A DNA stretch of 64,000 bases from Candidatus Moraniibacteriota bacterium (GCA_013336225.1 JAAXUC010000004.1:32421-96420), one strand, 5' to 3'; positions 44,739 through 54,093 are shown, counted from the first letter of the stretch. Notes: generated by a model from the sequence alone, not told the origin. Numbers and translations are program-made.

Positions 44739-45734
44739 ATGGCGAAAATACTCACAATTGGATCGGTTTGTAAGGATATGTTTTTTCCAACAAGTGAAGG
44801 CGTTGTCTTGGAGACGCCAAGGGATCTTGTTGCGCAAAAAAAAATCATGTTTGAATTGGGCGCAAAATATCATGTCGAACAGCGATATGAAGCTCTGGGT
44901 GGAATCTCTGTTAATGTGGCTGCTGGCTTAGTGAAGCTTGGAGAAAATGTTTCATGCTATACTAGAATAGGTGATGATGAAATTGGAAAATGGATTGTGC
45001 GGGAATTGAAAAAGATCGGCGTCAATCATAGTATGGATATTATTGAAAAAGATTGCCAAAGCGATCTCTCAACTATTTTGATTGACATGAAAAGTGCTGA
45101 TCGGGTTATTTTTTCCAATCAGATTGCGAATCAGAAACTCGTCATTGAAACTGAGAAGATTGGACATCATGACTGGATTTTCATTGGTGATTTGAGCGGT
45201 GCTTGGCAACAAAATATTGACACAGTGCTGGCTTTTGCGAAAAAACATAATATGCCGATAGTTTTCAATCCTCGCCAAAAAACAATTCATGATGATGTGA
45301 AGAAGATAATAGAAACAGTTTCCAAATGCGAGCTATTTTTTGCAAATAAAGATGAAGCAATTGAAATTATCAGCGGTTGTGATAAGCACGTGTTGCATGA
45401 ATTGCTGAATGAGGAAGAATATTTAGTTAAGACTTTGCATCAAATTGGGGCAAAGGTGGTGGCAATCACTGATGGAGCCAGGGGAGCATGGGCATATGAT
45501 GGCGTGGCTGTTTTGCATGTGAATGCTTTGATGCAGCAAGCAGTTGACACAACTGGAGCGGGAGACGCCTTTACTAGTGGATTTTTTGCAGCTCATCTCA
45601 AAGGGAAGAATCTGATGACAGCTTTGAAATGGGGAGTTGCAAATAGCAGCAGTTCGGTTACTGAGTATGGTGGGCAAAAAGGACTGCTGACTCAAGTGGA
45701 AATAGAATCAATGATATTGAAAAAGAAAATTTAG
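44739..45734 (+). CDS. PfkB-family carbohydrate/nucleoside kinase
   Basis: C-terminal DTTGAGDAFTSGF anion-hole motif; N-terminal GG dipeptide region. Confidence 0.8.
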   Translation: MAKILTIGSVCKDMFFPTSEGVVLETPRDLVAQKKIMFELGAKYHVEQRYEALGGISVNVAAGLVKLGENVSCYTRIGDDEIGKWIVRELKKIGVNHSMDIIEKDCQSDLSTILIDMKSADRVIFSNQIANQKLVIETEKIGHHDWIFIGDLSGAWQQNIDTVLAFAKKHNMPIVFNPRQKTIHDDVKKIIETVSKCELFFANKDEAIEIISGCDKHVLHELLNEEEYLVKTLHQIGAKVVAITDGARGAWAYDGVAVLHVNALMQQAVDTTGAGDAFTSGFFAAHLKGKNLMTALKWGVANSSSSVTEYGGQKGLLTQVEIESMILKKKI

Positions 45735-45753
45735 CATTATAATCTTTGTCGCT

Positions 45754-47013
45754 ATGGGAATTTTTTCAAAAATTTTTGCAAAAAGCAGTGGTGAATACTA
45801 CTTAGCTCTTGATATTGGGACGGAAGTTGCCAAGGCTTTAGTTTTCCAAATAGATCCGGACGGAAAAACTGGACACATTATTGGGGTTGGAAAAGAAAGA
45901 CAGAAGCGGGGCAACATGCAAAGTGGTGCAGTCTCGGATATTTCCGGGGTTATTGAGACTTGCAAGATATCTATTGGCAAGGCACTGGAAAAGGCTCAGA
46001 TAAAAAAAGTCAAAAAGGCTATTGTGGGTATTGCTGGCGAATTGGTTAAGGGCACAACGACCACTGTTCATTATGAACGTGGAAATCCTGATGCGCGCAT
46101 CGATTTCCCTGAACTTAAGAATATCATTCAAAAAGTTCAAACCAAGGCTTATGAAAGAATTCAGGAACAGATTGCTTGGGAAACCGGACAAGATATTGAT
46201 GTGAAGCTTATCAATGCGGCAATTGTGGATGTGCGAATCGATGGATATCAGGTCACCAATCCAGTTGGATTTCAAGGTAAGGATGTTTCAGTCAGCATCT
46301 TCAACGCTTATGCTCCCATGATTCATCTGGGTGCGCTGCAGGCCATTGCTGATGAGCTTAACATCGATTTGCTTAGTATTGCTGCAGAACCATATGCTGT
46401 TGCACGCTCTGTGGACTATGACGACGCCTTGGATTTTAGTGCAATCTTCATTGATATAGGTGGTGGTACAACTGATATTGCAGTGGTGCGAAATGGCGGT
46501 CTTGAAGGAACAAAGATGTTTGCTTTTGGTGGGCGAGCCTTCACTAAAAAATTGGCGCAAGAATTGCGAATTGAATTTGAAGAAGCGGAAGAGTTGAAAA
46601 TAAAATATGCCGAAGGAAAATTGAGCGCGGATGTGAGTGGCAAGATTGAGCAAATCCTGCAGAACGATGCTTCGGTTTGGCTTAGTGGCGTGGAACTTTC
46701 GCTTTCGGAATTTGCAGGATCAGACGTTTTGCCGTCAAAAATATTGCTATGCGGCGGAGGTTCCGGTTTGCCAGATATTAAGAATATATTGTTGACAACG
46801 GACTGGGTGCGCAGTTTGCCTTTTTCAAAAACTCCTACGGTGAATTATTTGCAACCGCGCGACGTGGTGCGCATCATTGATGAAACGAATGAGCTCAAAA
46901 ATCCACAAGATGTGACTCCGATGGGCTTGGCAAATTTGGTCATGGATGTGACTGGTGAAGAGAAAGTTATGGCTGGAATTCTGCGCAGAGTTCTGCAGAC
47001 AATGCAAGACTAA
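45754..47013 (+). CDS. actin-like ATPase of the FtsA/PilM family
   Basis: LALDIGTE phosphate-1, IDIGGGTTDIAV phosphate-2, ILLCGGGSGLPDI adenosine motif. No ftsZ follows, so an FtsA vs PilM assignment is open. Confidence 0.6.
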   Translation: MGIFSKIFAKSSGEYYLALDIGTEVAKALVFQIDPDGKTGHIIGVGKERQKRGNMQSGAVSDISGVIETCKISIGKALEKAQIKKVKKAIVGIAGELVKGTTTTVHYERGNPDARIDFPELKNIIQKVQTKAYERIQEQIAWETGQDIDVKLINAAIVDVRIDGYQVTNPVGFQGKDVSVSIFNAYAPMIHLGALQAIADELNIDLLSIAAEPYAVARSVDYDDALDFSAIFIDIGGGTTDIAVVRNGGLEGTKMFAFGGRAFTKKLAQELRIEFEEAEELKIKYAEGKLSADVSGKIEQILQNDASVWLSGVELSLSEFAGSDVLPSKILLCGGGSGLPDIKNILLTTDWVRSLPFSKTPTVNYLQPRDVVRIIDETNELKNPQDVTPMGLANLVMDVTGEEKVMAGILRRVLQTMQD

Positions 47014-47018
47014 AAAAG

Positions 47019-47125
47019 TTTATAAAGTTATAAAGTTATAAAGTTTGTAAAGTGGTTATGTTTATTGAGAAATATTTATTTTGATATTTCTTTATGAACT
47101 TTAAAAACTTTAAAAACTTGAAACT
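47019..47125. repeat. opposed tandem repeats: ATAAAGTT x3-4 (47019-47055) and AACTTTAAA x3 (47097-47125)
   Basis: Direct reading; ATAAAGTT tandem copies also at 38562-38584 and 57361-57390. Confidence 0.6.
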
Positions 47126-47131
47126 AATCGT

Positions 47132-49036
47132 ATGCACCAAACATTCTACATCGATATTGAGGAAGAGATTTCATCAGTGGTTGACCGCCTGAATAAATCC
47201 ATGTCTATTGAGAACTATTTCGTGGTGCCTAAGCGAGCTCTTTTCTTGCAAAGCATTGTAAATCTGAAATTATTGAAGCGTGAGGCTGATAAGGTTCGAA
47301 AGCAAGTCATTATTGTTACGCAAGACGAAATAGGTGCTTCGATGGCGCAGCGTTCAGGATTGGAAGTGCGAGCAACCCTCGATGGCTTGGAGCCTGCTTC
47401 TGATGCAGGTGATCAGCAAGATGAGGATGATATGGGAGAGGAAGAAGTTGTTGCTCATCAAATTCCACACAGTGAGGTTAGGGAAGAACAAATCAAGCAA
47501 GTCAGATTGAGTGGTGTTGGATCAAGTGATTTCTATACCCCTTCTGTTGGTTTCAATGAGGATGATTTCAGAACAGTTGCTCCAACTGAGCCAATCAGAA
47601 GAAGTATTCCTGTTAATTCCATGCCTCCTGTGAAAAAAGAAACTGAACCTTTGCGCAGAGCAGTTGCAAGTAATTCATTTGGCAATCCTGTCGGACAAAA
47701 TATTACCTCCTTAAATCAGCCAAGACCTATGAATATTGGGCAAGTGAAAAATGAAAGAAGTCTTGATTCGCAAAAAGAAAAAGCTTTGGAAAAAATGTAT
47801 TCACAAAGAGAATTCATGTCAGGTGCAGCAATTGAAAACAAATCAGTTCTTGATACTGGAGAAATAAGAACGGGAGGAAGAGTAAAAAAAATATTCTTTG
47901 CGTTTATTGGATTGTGTGCGTTTGCTTTTGTTGGTGTGGCTGTGTATCTGTTTTTGCCAAGTGCAAAAATAAGTGTTGAGCCTAACATCTTGAAAAGCAA
48001 AGTTGATTTGGAGCTACGTGGTAGTGCTGATCTTGTAGAAGTTGATGATCTCAATATCCCAATTCGAATAATTGACAAAAATGAAACCATCTCACTTTCA
48101 TATGATGTCAAAGGACTATCTGCGGTGGCAGGCAAAAAAGCTCATGGCAGCGTTGTCATCTATAATGAATATGATTCTTCGGTTCAAACATTGATTGCCA
48201 CCACTAGGCTTGAGTCAGCAGATGGGAAAATATTTAGACTTGTGAAAAATGTAGCTGTGCCAGGCATGACAAAAGTTGGTGGTGAAATTAAGCCTGGAGT
48301 GATTACGGCAGAAGTGATTGCTGATCAAGCAGGAACTGAATGCAACATTGAGGCAGCCGACTTTACCATTCCAGGATTTAAGGATGGGCCAAAATATGCA
48401 AAATTTTATGCAAAATCAAGTCAGGCTATGGTTGGCGGTTCGCTCGAGGGCAGTGAGCAAACAGGAGGCAAGGTTACACAAAGAGATCTTGATAGCGCTA
48501 AGCAAAAAACAGAATTGGCAATCAGGGAAAAGATAGCTCAAGCAGTTAAAGATGGCTTGAATGATGGAGAAGTGGCTCTCGAACAAGCTGAAAAAATTAC
48601 AATTTCAAGATCCAGCTCCAATGCGAAATTGAATGACATGATGAGTACTTTTGAATATAATGTGTCAGCCTCAGTTCGTGTGTTGGTTTTTGCTGAAAGT
48701 GATGTGAGAAAAATCATGGAGCAATCATTAAAAGCTAGTGATCAACTGCAGGAAGTCAAAAAAAGCATTTCGAAAGTGGAATATGGTACGGTGGATGCTG
48801 ATTTTGAGAAAAATACCTTGAAATTGAAAGTGTATGGGGAAATAACTGCAACTCCAGTGATAGATAGTGAGAAGATAAAAAAAGAACTTTTGGGAAAAGC
48901 AGATGATCAATTGGCTGCAATTTTGAGAAAATACCCAGCTATAAAGAGTGCCAATGTTGAATTTCAACCGACATTTGTTTCCCGAATTCCGCAATATGCT
49001 CAGCGCGTAACGGTGCAAATAGATGATAATGAATAA
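47132..49036 (+). CDS. hypothetical bitopic membrane protein (acidic cytoplasmic N-domain, single TM, ~360-aa extracytoplasmic domain)
   Basis: TM helix IFFAFIGLCAFAFVGVAVYLFL near residue 250; no recognisable motif; directly downstream of the FtsA/PilM-like gene. Confidence 0.4.
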   Translation: MHQTFYIDIEEEISSVVDRLNKSMSIENYFVVPKRALFLQSIVNLKLLKREADKVRKQVIIVTQDEIGASMAQRSGLEVRATLDGLEPASDAGDQQDEDDMGEEEVVAHQIPHSEVREEQIKQVRLSGVGSSDFYTPSVGFNEDDFRTVAPTEPIRRSIPVNSMPPVKKETEPLRRAVASNSFGNPVGQNITSLNQPRPMNIGQVKNERSLDSQKEKALEKMYSQREFMSGAAIENKSVLDTGEIRTGGRVKKIFFAFIGLCAFAFVGVAVYLFLPSAKISVEPNILKSKVDLELRGSADLVEVDDLNIPIRIIDKNETISLSYDVKGLSAVAGKKAHGSVVIYNEYDSSVQTLIATTRLESADGKIFRLVKNVAVPGMTKVGGEIKPGVITAEVIADQAGTECNIEAADFTIPGFKDGPKYAKFYAKSSQAMVGGSLEGSEQTGGKVTQRDLDSAKQKTELAIREKIAQAVKDGLNDGEVALEQAEKITISRSSSNAKLNDMMSTFEYNVSASVRVLVFAESDVRKIMEQSLKASDQLQEVKKSISKVEYGTVDADFEKNTLKLKVYGEITATPVIDSEKIKKELLGKADDQLAAILRKYPAIKSANVEFQPTFVSRIPQYAQRVTVQIDDNE

Positions 49037-49158
49037 AAAGGTTGATAATAAGCCAAAAAATCATGAATAATTGCTTGATTTCAGACTTTTAATTGCAAGG
49101 CTTGAAATCGCCAAATCCTCGTGAAAAAGGGGAGTGGTTTTGCTTCCACTTAAAGGGG

Positions 49159-49187
49159 TTGACAAGAAAAGAATACTTTGTTAAGAT
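49159..49187 (+). promoter_or_regulatory. sigma70-like promoter (TTGACA -17- TAAGAT) for the infA-rpmJ-rpsM-rpsK-rpsD-rpoA-rplQ operon
   Basis: Hexamers at 49159-49164 and 49182-49187; ~130-nt leader before infA. Confidence 0.55.
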
Positions 49188-49317
49188 TTATATACGTTTT
49201 TGGAAAAACTTAATAAAGTATACCAATTAGAGGAACTTACTATTTGAATTTCATGAATGAGGATAGTGTGTTGGAAGTAAATCCCCTCTATTTTTATGTT
49301 GTAATTGAAAGCAAAAT

Positions 49318-49542
49318 ATGGCCCCAAAACAGGAAAAAGAGTTGATAAAACTCGAAGGAACTATCATTGAAACGCTTCCTAGCACGACGTTTCGAGTGCG
49401 TTTGGATAATGGTCATGAAGTGCTGGCACATATATCAGGAAGAATGAGAGTGAATTATATACGATTGCTTCCCGGCGATCGAGTGCTCATGGAAATGAGT
49501 CCCTACGACCTTACTAAAGGACGGGTAACGCAAAGAATGTAA
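49318..49542 (+). CDS. infA: translation initiation factor IF-1
   Basis: [43 protein letters not shown] matches the IF-1 S1-like fold. Confidence 0.9.
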   Translation: MAPKQEKELIKLEGTIIETLPSTTFRVRLDNGHEVLAHISGRMRVNYIRLLPGDRVLMEMSPYDLTKGRVTQRM

Positions 49543-49632
49543 ATAACTAATAACTAAAGACTCACAACTAATGACAGTTGCCAATATGGCAACTGGAGAA
49601 AAAGTTATAAGTAATTGGTGGTAAATAAAAGT

Positions 49633-49746
49633 ATGAAAGTAAGAGCATCAGTAAAAAAAATGTGCGCCAAATGTAAAGTTGTTAGACGCAGAGGTAGAGT
49701 GTACATAGTTTGTTCCACCCCTAAGCATAAACAACGACAAGGCTAA
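49633..49746 (+). CDS. rpmJ: 50S ribosomal protein L36
   Basis: Below the ORF-track cutoff. [37 protein letters not shown] is near-identical to canonical L36. Confidence 0.9.
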   Translation: MKVRASVKKMCAKCKVVRRRGRVYIVCSTPKHKQRQG

Positions 49747-49812
49747 ATAATAAATAATAATTTTCGATTTTCTTCGCCAATCGGCGGATAGAGATTAGAA
49801 ATTGAGCAAGAT

Positions 49813-50199
49813 ATGATACGTATTGCCGGAATAAATCTTCCTGATGAAAAAAGAATAGAAATCGCTTTGACTTATGTCTTTGGAATCGGACCTTCAACTA
49901 GCCGTAAGCTTTTGAAGCTTCTTGAAATTGACATGACAACTCGCACCAAAGACCTTTCAGCTGAAGATGCAAACAGACTTCGAGATGAAATCGAAAAGAA
50001 ATATAAGGTTGAAGGAGAGCTCAAGCATGAAGTTAAAATGAACATCAAACGTTTGAAAGAAATTGGAAGCTATCGTGGTTCCAGGCATCAAAAAGGACTT
50101 CCAGTGAATGGTCAACGAACAAAGACTAACAGTCGAACAGTTCGAGGAAACGTCCGAAGAACCATGGGAAGTGGACGACGAAGTGAATCAAAGACATAG
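49813..50199 (+). CDS. rpsM: 30S ribosomal protein S13
   Basis: MIRIAGINLPDEKRIEIALTYVFGIG, with K/R-rich C-terminus. Confidence 0.95.
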   Translation: MIRIAGINLPDEKRIEIALTYVFGIGPSTSRKLLKLLEIDMTTRTKDLSAEDANRLRDEIEKKYKVEGELKHEVKMNIKRLKEIGSYRGSRHQKGLPVNGQRTKTNSRTVRGNVRRTMGSGRRSESKT

Positions 50200-50201
50200 C
50201 A

Positions 50202-50320
50202 GTAGCTTATTAGGCGTTAGCTTCTTAGCTTGTTAGTCTAATAATGGGGATGATACAGATTATAAACATTTTATAAAAAGCTTAGAAGCTAAAAAGCTAA
50301 AAAGCTAAAACCTGATTAAT
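50202..50320. repeat. duplicated intergenic spacer (agcttattaggcgttagcttcttagctt ... aaaaagctaa x3) between rpsM and rpsK
   Basis: Near-identical spacer at 50797-50881 between rpsK and rpsD; an AAAAGCTAA tandem also occurs at 55065-55095. Confidence 0.6.
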
Positions 50321-50788
50321 ATGGTAGACGAAATTAAAAAAATTGAAGAACTTTTAGCTGCAGAATCTGGTGAAATTTCTGCAGAAACTGCTAGCGCAAC
50401 TGAAGCTGAAACAAAGAAGAAGAAAAAGAAGATCAAGCGACAAATCAGCAAAGGACAGGCACACATCAAATGCACCTACAACAATACAATGGTGATGATT
50501 TCTGATGCTAATGGCGCCATGCTTGGATGGTCAAGCTCTGGACTGCTTGGTTTCAAGGGAGCAAAGAAGGCAACTCCATATGCTGCAACTCAAGTTGTGC
50601 ATGATGTGACTGAGAAAGTGAAGAAATTTGGAATGCATGAGTTGGATGTTTTCGTGAGAGGAGTTGGCTCCGGACGAGAATCATCAATTCGCTCATTGGC
50701 CAACAAAGGTTTTGAACTTACTGCAATCAAAGATGTAACACCAATTCCTCATAATGGATGCAGAGCAAAGAAACCGAGACGAGTATAA
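50321..50788 (+). CDS. rpsK: 30S ribosomal protein S11 with ~25-aa acidic then K-rich N-terminal extension
   Basis: Core GQAHIKCTYNNTMVMISDANG...GFKGAKKATPYAA matches S11. Confidence 0.9.
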   Translation: MVDEIKKIEELLAAESGEISAETASATEAETKKKKKKIKRQISKGQAHIKCTYNNTMVMISDANGAMLGWSSSGLLGFKGAKKATPYAATQVVHDVTEKVKKFGMHELDVFVRGVGSGRESSIRSLANKGFELTAIKDVTPIPHNGCRAKKPRRV

Positions 50789-50796
50789 TATATAAC

Positions 50797-50881
50797 AGCT
50801 TATTAGGCGTTAGCTTCTCAGCTTCTCAGGAAAACAATTTCCTAAAAAGCTAAAAAGCTAAATAGCTAAAACCTGATTTTT
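50797..50881. repeat. second copy of the ribosomal-operon intergenic spacer (agcttattaggcgttagcttctcagctt ... aaaaagctaaaaagctaaatagctaaaacctgat)
   Basis: Paralogous to 50202-50320. Confidence 0.6.
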
Positions 50882-51517
50882 ATGGCACGAGATTTATTAG
50901 GATCAAAATGTAAAAGATGTCGCAGAGCTCAAGAAAAGCTTTTCTTGAAAGGTGATCGATGCAATAGCGCAAAATGTGCCATTTCACGTCGTCCATATGC
51001 TCCAGGTGTGCATGGCAAAAGTATTTCCAGGGGACTTAGTGAATTTGGAAAGCAATTAGCCATGAAACAACGCATTAAGCGTATGTATGGTGTGTTGGAA
51101 AGACAATTTCGCAAGCATTATGATGAAATCAGTGGAAAACCAGGTGTGACTGGTGACTTATTGATGAGTCGTCTTGAAATGCGTTTGGACAATGTGGTTC
51201 GCAAAATGGGACTTGCATCTTCTCCAATTCAGGCCAGACAACTTGTGACTCATGGAGCTTTCTTGGTTAATGGCAAAAAACTTACAATTCCTTCATGTTG
51301 GATGAAAGTTGGGGATGTGGTTTCAGTCAAAGAATCAAAGAAGGACAATGCATATTTCAAAAATCAAATTCAGACTCTCGCTAATAAGAAAGATTTTCCT
51401 CGTTGGATTAAATTTGACCAATCGAAACTAGAAGGAACAGTGATTTCACTTCCAACTCGCGAAGATGTTGGAGTGCAAGTTGATCCGCAAATGGTGGTTG
51501 AATCATATTCACGTTAA
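50882..51517 (+). CDS. rpsD: 30S ribosomal protein S4
   Basis: N-terminal Zn-ribbon-like KCKRCRR...CNSAKC; S4 domain (LESRLDNVVRKMG). Confidence 0.95.
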   Translation: MARDLLGSKCKRCRRAQEKLFLKGDRCNSAKCAISRRPYAPGVHGKSISRGLSEFGKQLAMKQRIKRMYGVLERQFRKHYDEISGKPGVTGDLLMSRLEMRLDNVVRKMGLASSPIQARQLVTHGAFLVNGKKLTIPSCWMKVGDVVSVKESKKDNAYFKNQIQTLANKKDFPRWIKFDQSKLEGTVISLPTREDVGVQVDPQMVVESYSR

Positions 51518-51610
51518 TATTATTTTTGTTTAGAGCTTTATTTAACTTTTTTAATCGAAAAACGCCTTTCTTGTGGATAATCTCCATGATTAATGTGTTA
51601 GAAAGAGGAT

Positions 51611-52576
51611 ATGCAAATAGTGTCGCTTCCTCAAAAGCCAAAATACACCCCAATTGATCAGAATAGTGGGAAATTCGAAATCATGGGATGTTATCCGGGT
51701 TATGGTATGACCCTTGGTAATGCGCTTAGGCGTGTTCTTTTAGCATCTTTGGAAGGTGCTGCAGTTACCACCGTTAAAATAAAAGGAGTTTCTCATGAAT
51801 TTTCAACTCTTGATGGAGTTATGGAAGATGCAGTGCAAATTATTTTGAATCTTAAAAAAATTCGTTTCAAAATGCATAGCGAAGAACCTGTGAAAGTGAC
51901 TCTTAAATTCAAAGGTGAAGGAAAAGTTACTGCTAAGGAAATTAAATGTCCTTCAAGCGTGGAAGTGGTGAACACCGATCAAATCATTGCAACTGTGACT
52001 GATAAAAAGGTTGAATTTGAAATGGAATTGGAAATCTCAAGAGGTTTGGGATATGTGCCAATCGATCAGCAAAACAGAACAGAAAAGGAAATCGGTGTCA
52101 TTGCAATTGATGCAGTCTACACTCCAATCCGTCGTGTGAACTATGAAGTTGAAAACATGCGAGTTGGAAAGCGAACTGACTATAACAAAATCACCCTTGA
52201 GGTTGTGACTGATGGAAGCATTACTCCAGAAGAAGCATTCAAAAAAGCTGTTACAATTTTGGTCGAACAATTTTCAGTGCTTGGTGGTATCGAACTTATT
52301 GAAGAAGTTGCTCCTGAAGAAGTTAAGGAAGCTGAAATCGTCGAGGAAAAAGTAGTTGAGGAAGCTGCTGACCCTTTGAAGATCAAAGTTACTGAACTGA
52401 AAAATCTTTCAACTCGAACACTTAATGTCCTTGAAGCAAGTAAAATTGTGAAAATCAAAGATATTGTGAAGTTCAATGAAGAAGGATTGCTTGCCTTGGA
52501 AGGAATGGGCGACAAAGGAGTCAAGGAAATTAAAAAATCAATCGGAGAATTTGGAATTACCCTTAAACAGGACTAG
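51611..52576 (+). CDS. rpoA: DNA-directed RNA polymerase subunit alpha
   Basis: GYGMTLGNALRRVLLAS N-terminal domain; C-terminal alpha-CTD (LSTRTLNVLEASKIVKIKDIV). Confidence 0.95.
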   Translation: MQIVSLPQKPKYTPIDQNSGKFEIMGCYPGYGMTLGNALRRVLLASLEGAAVTTVKIKGVSHEFSTLDGVMEDAVQIILNLKKIRFKMHSEEPVKVTLKFKGEGKVTAKEIKCPSSVEVVNTDQIIATVTDKKVEFEMELEISRGLGYVPIDQQNRTEKEIGVIAIDAVYTPIRRVNYEVENMRVGKRTDYNKITLEVVTDGSITPEEAFKKAVTILVEQFSVLGGIELIEEVAPEEVKEAEIVEEKVVEEAADPLKIKVTELKNLSTRTLNVLEASKIVKIKDIVKFNEEGLLALEGMGDKGVKEIKKSIGEFGITLKQD

Positions 52577-52589
52577 CAATTGAAAATAT

Positions 52590-52955
52590 ATGAATCATCT
52601 TGGAAGAACACGAAAATTTAGCAGAGTGAAAAAACAACGAGTAGCGCTTCTTAAAACGCTCTTGGGTAGTTTTATTATGAAGGAAAAAATCACTACAACC
52701 GAGGCGAAAGCCAAGGAAATTAAGCCAATGATGGATAAAATCATCACGAAAGTGAAGAAGATATCTAATGATGAGGCTAAAAAGGTTGCAGTTTTGCGTG
52801 ATTTAAGAAAGGGTCTTCCACTAATCGCTGTAAAAAAACTTTCTGGTGAGTTTGCCCAGAAGTTTGCAGGCCGAACAAGTGGATACACTCGTATCATGAA
52901 GATCGCTCAACGAAAAAGTGATGGAGCAGAAATGGCAATAATTGAATTTGTATAA
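52590..52955 (+). CDS. rplQ: 50S ribosomal protein L17
   Basis: MNHLGRTRKFSRVKKQRVALLKTLL...TTTEAKAKE. Confidence 0.9.
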   Translation: MNHLGRTRKFSRVKKQRVALLKTLLGSFIMKEKITTTEAKAKEIKPMMDKIITKVKKISNDEAKKVAVLRDLRKGLPLIAVKKLSGEFAQKFAGRTSGYTRIMKIAQRKSDGAEMAIIEFV

Positions 52956-52975
52956 ATTAGAGAATTATAACGCAT

Positions 52976-53365
52976 ATGAACAGACAATATCATCTCTTTG
53001 ATGCTCAGGGAAAAGTGCTTGGACGCTTGGCAACTGAAATTGCAAAGACATTAAGTGGCCGAAATAAGGTTGACTACATCCCGCACATTGACGGAGGCGA
53101 TTTCGTTACTGTTATTAACGCGGATAAAATCAAGGTTACTGGCAACAAACTTGAAGGAAAGATTTATCATAAATATAGTGGATATCCAGGTGGAATTTCA
53201 TCTATTTCTTTGAAAGATTTGCTTGCAAAAGATGCTGGTAAAGTCATCCAAAACGCAGTGTATGGAATGCTTCCGAAGAATAAGCTTAGAGATAAGATGA
53301 TGCTTCGTTTGACAGCTGTCGCTGGAATTGAGCACACAACTAAGAAGATAGATGTAACACACTAA
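52976..53365 (+). CDS. rplM: 50S ribosomal protein L13
   Basis: VLGRLATEIAKTLSGRNKVDYIPHIDGGDFVTVINADKIKVTGNK. Confidence 0.9.
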   Translation: MNRQYHLFDAQGKVLGRLATEIAKTLSGRNKVDYIPHIDGGDFVTVINADKIKVTGNKLEGKIYHKYSGYPGGISSISLKDLLAKDAGKVIQNAVYGMLPKNKLRDKMMLRLTAVAGIEHTTKKIDVTH

Positions 53366-53386
53366 TTTTCATATAACACATAAGAT

Positions 53387-53977
53387 ATGGCAGTAAAAAA
53401 AGTAGAGAAAACTGAAAAAGTTGCAAAACCTAAAGCAGCAAAAGTTGTGAAACCAAAAGCTGAAAAGGTTGTTAAGGCTGCAAAAGTTGCTAAGGTTGTG
53501 AAAACTGCTGCTCCTGCTGAAGCTAAAGAAGCAACTGTGAAAGTTGAAAAAGTGGCAAAGGTTACAAAAAAAGAAAGCGGCGTATATTTCTATGCTGTTG
53601 GACGAAGAAAAACCTCTGTTGCTCAAGTCAGATTGTATGCAGATGAGAAAGCTACTGAAAATGAACTTGTGATCAATGATAAGAAGCTTAAGGATTATTT
53701 CCCAACAGTTTCACTTCAGAATAACATGCTGACACCGTTTAAGGCTGTTGGTTTGCACAACAAATTCCGCATGACAGTGCTTGTCCGTGGTGGAGGAGTG
53801 ACCGGTCAAGTTGAAGCTGTGCGATTGGGAATTGCTCGTGCGTTGGTTGTTTTCAATCCTGAACTCAAAAAGACTTTGAAAGATCTTGGACTCATGACTC
53901 GCGATGCTCGCGAAGTTGAACGAAAGAAAGCCGGTCTCAAGAAAGCTCGAAAAGCTCCACAATGGGCAAAACGATAG
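53387..53977 (+). CDS. rpsI: 30S ribosomal protein S9 with ~65-aa Lys/Ala-rich (histone H1-like) N-terminal extension
   Basis: Core YFYAVGRRKTSVAQVRL...GGGVTGQVEAVRLGIARAL...KKARKAPQWAKR. Confidence 0.9.
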   Translation: MAVKKVEKTEKVAKPKAAKVVKPKAEKVVKAAKVAKVVKTAAPAEAKEATVKVEKVAKVTKKESGVYFYAVGRRKTSVAQVRLYADEKATENELVINDKKLKDYFPTVSLQNNMLTPFKAVGLHNKFRMTVLVRGGGVTGQVEAVRLGIARALVVFNPELKKTLKDLGLMTRDAREVERKKAGLKKARKAPQWAKR

Positions 53978-53991
53978 TTATTGCAATTTAT

Positions 53992-54024
53992 ACAAAAGAC
54001 ATCTCGAAAGAGATGTCTTTTTTT
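53992..54024 (+). terminator. rho-independent terminator (aaaagacatctc-gaaa-gagatgtcttttttt)
   Basis: Perfect 12-bp stem plus T7 after rpsI. Confidence 0.7.
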
Positions 54025-54040
54025 GTCTACATAAAACTTT

Positions 54041-54093
54041 ATCATTCCCGCACCCGCTTAAAGGCAAGCATAAACTCTGGCGGGAATCCAGGA
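54041..54093. repeat. palindromic ATTCCCGC...GCGGGAATCCAGG element (relative of the 8022 foldback element)
   Basis: atcattcccgcacccgcttaaaggcaagcataaactctggcgggaatccagga. Confidence 0.45.

Noticed and set aside
47014-49036. Expected ftsZ downstream of the FtsA-like gene
   Set aside because: The following ORF has no tubulin/FtsZ GGGTGTG motif. It is a bitopic membrane protein, so no ftsZ call was made.
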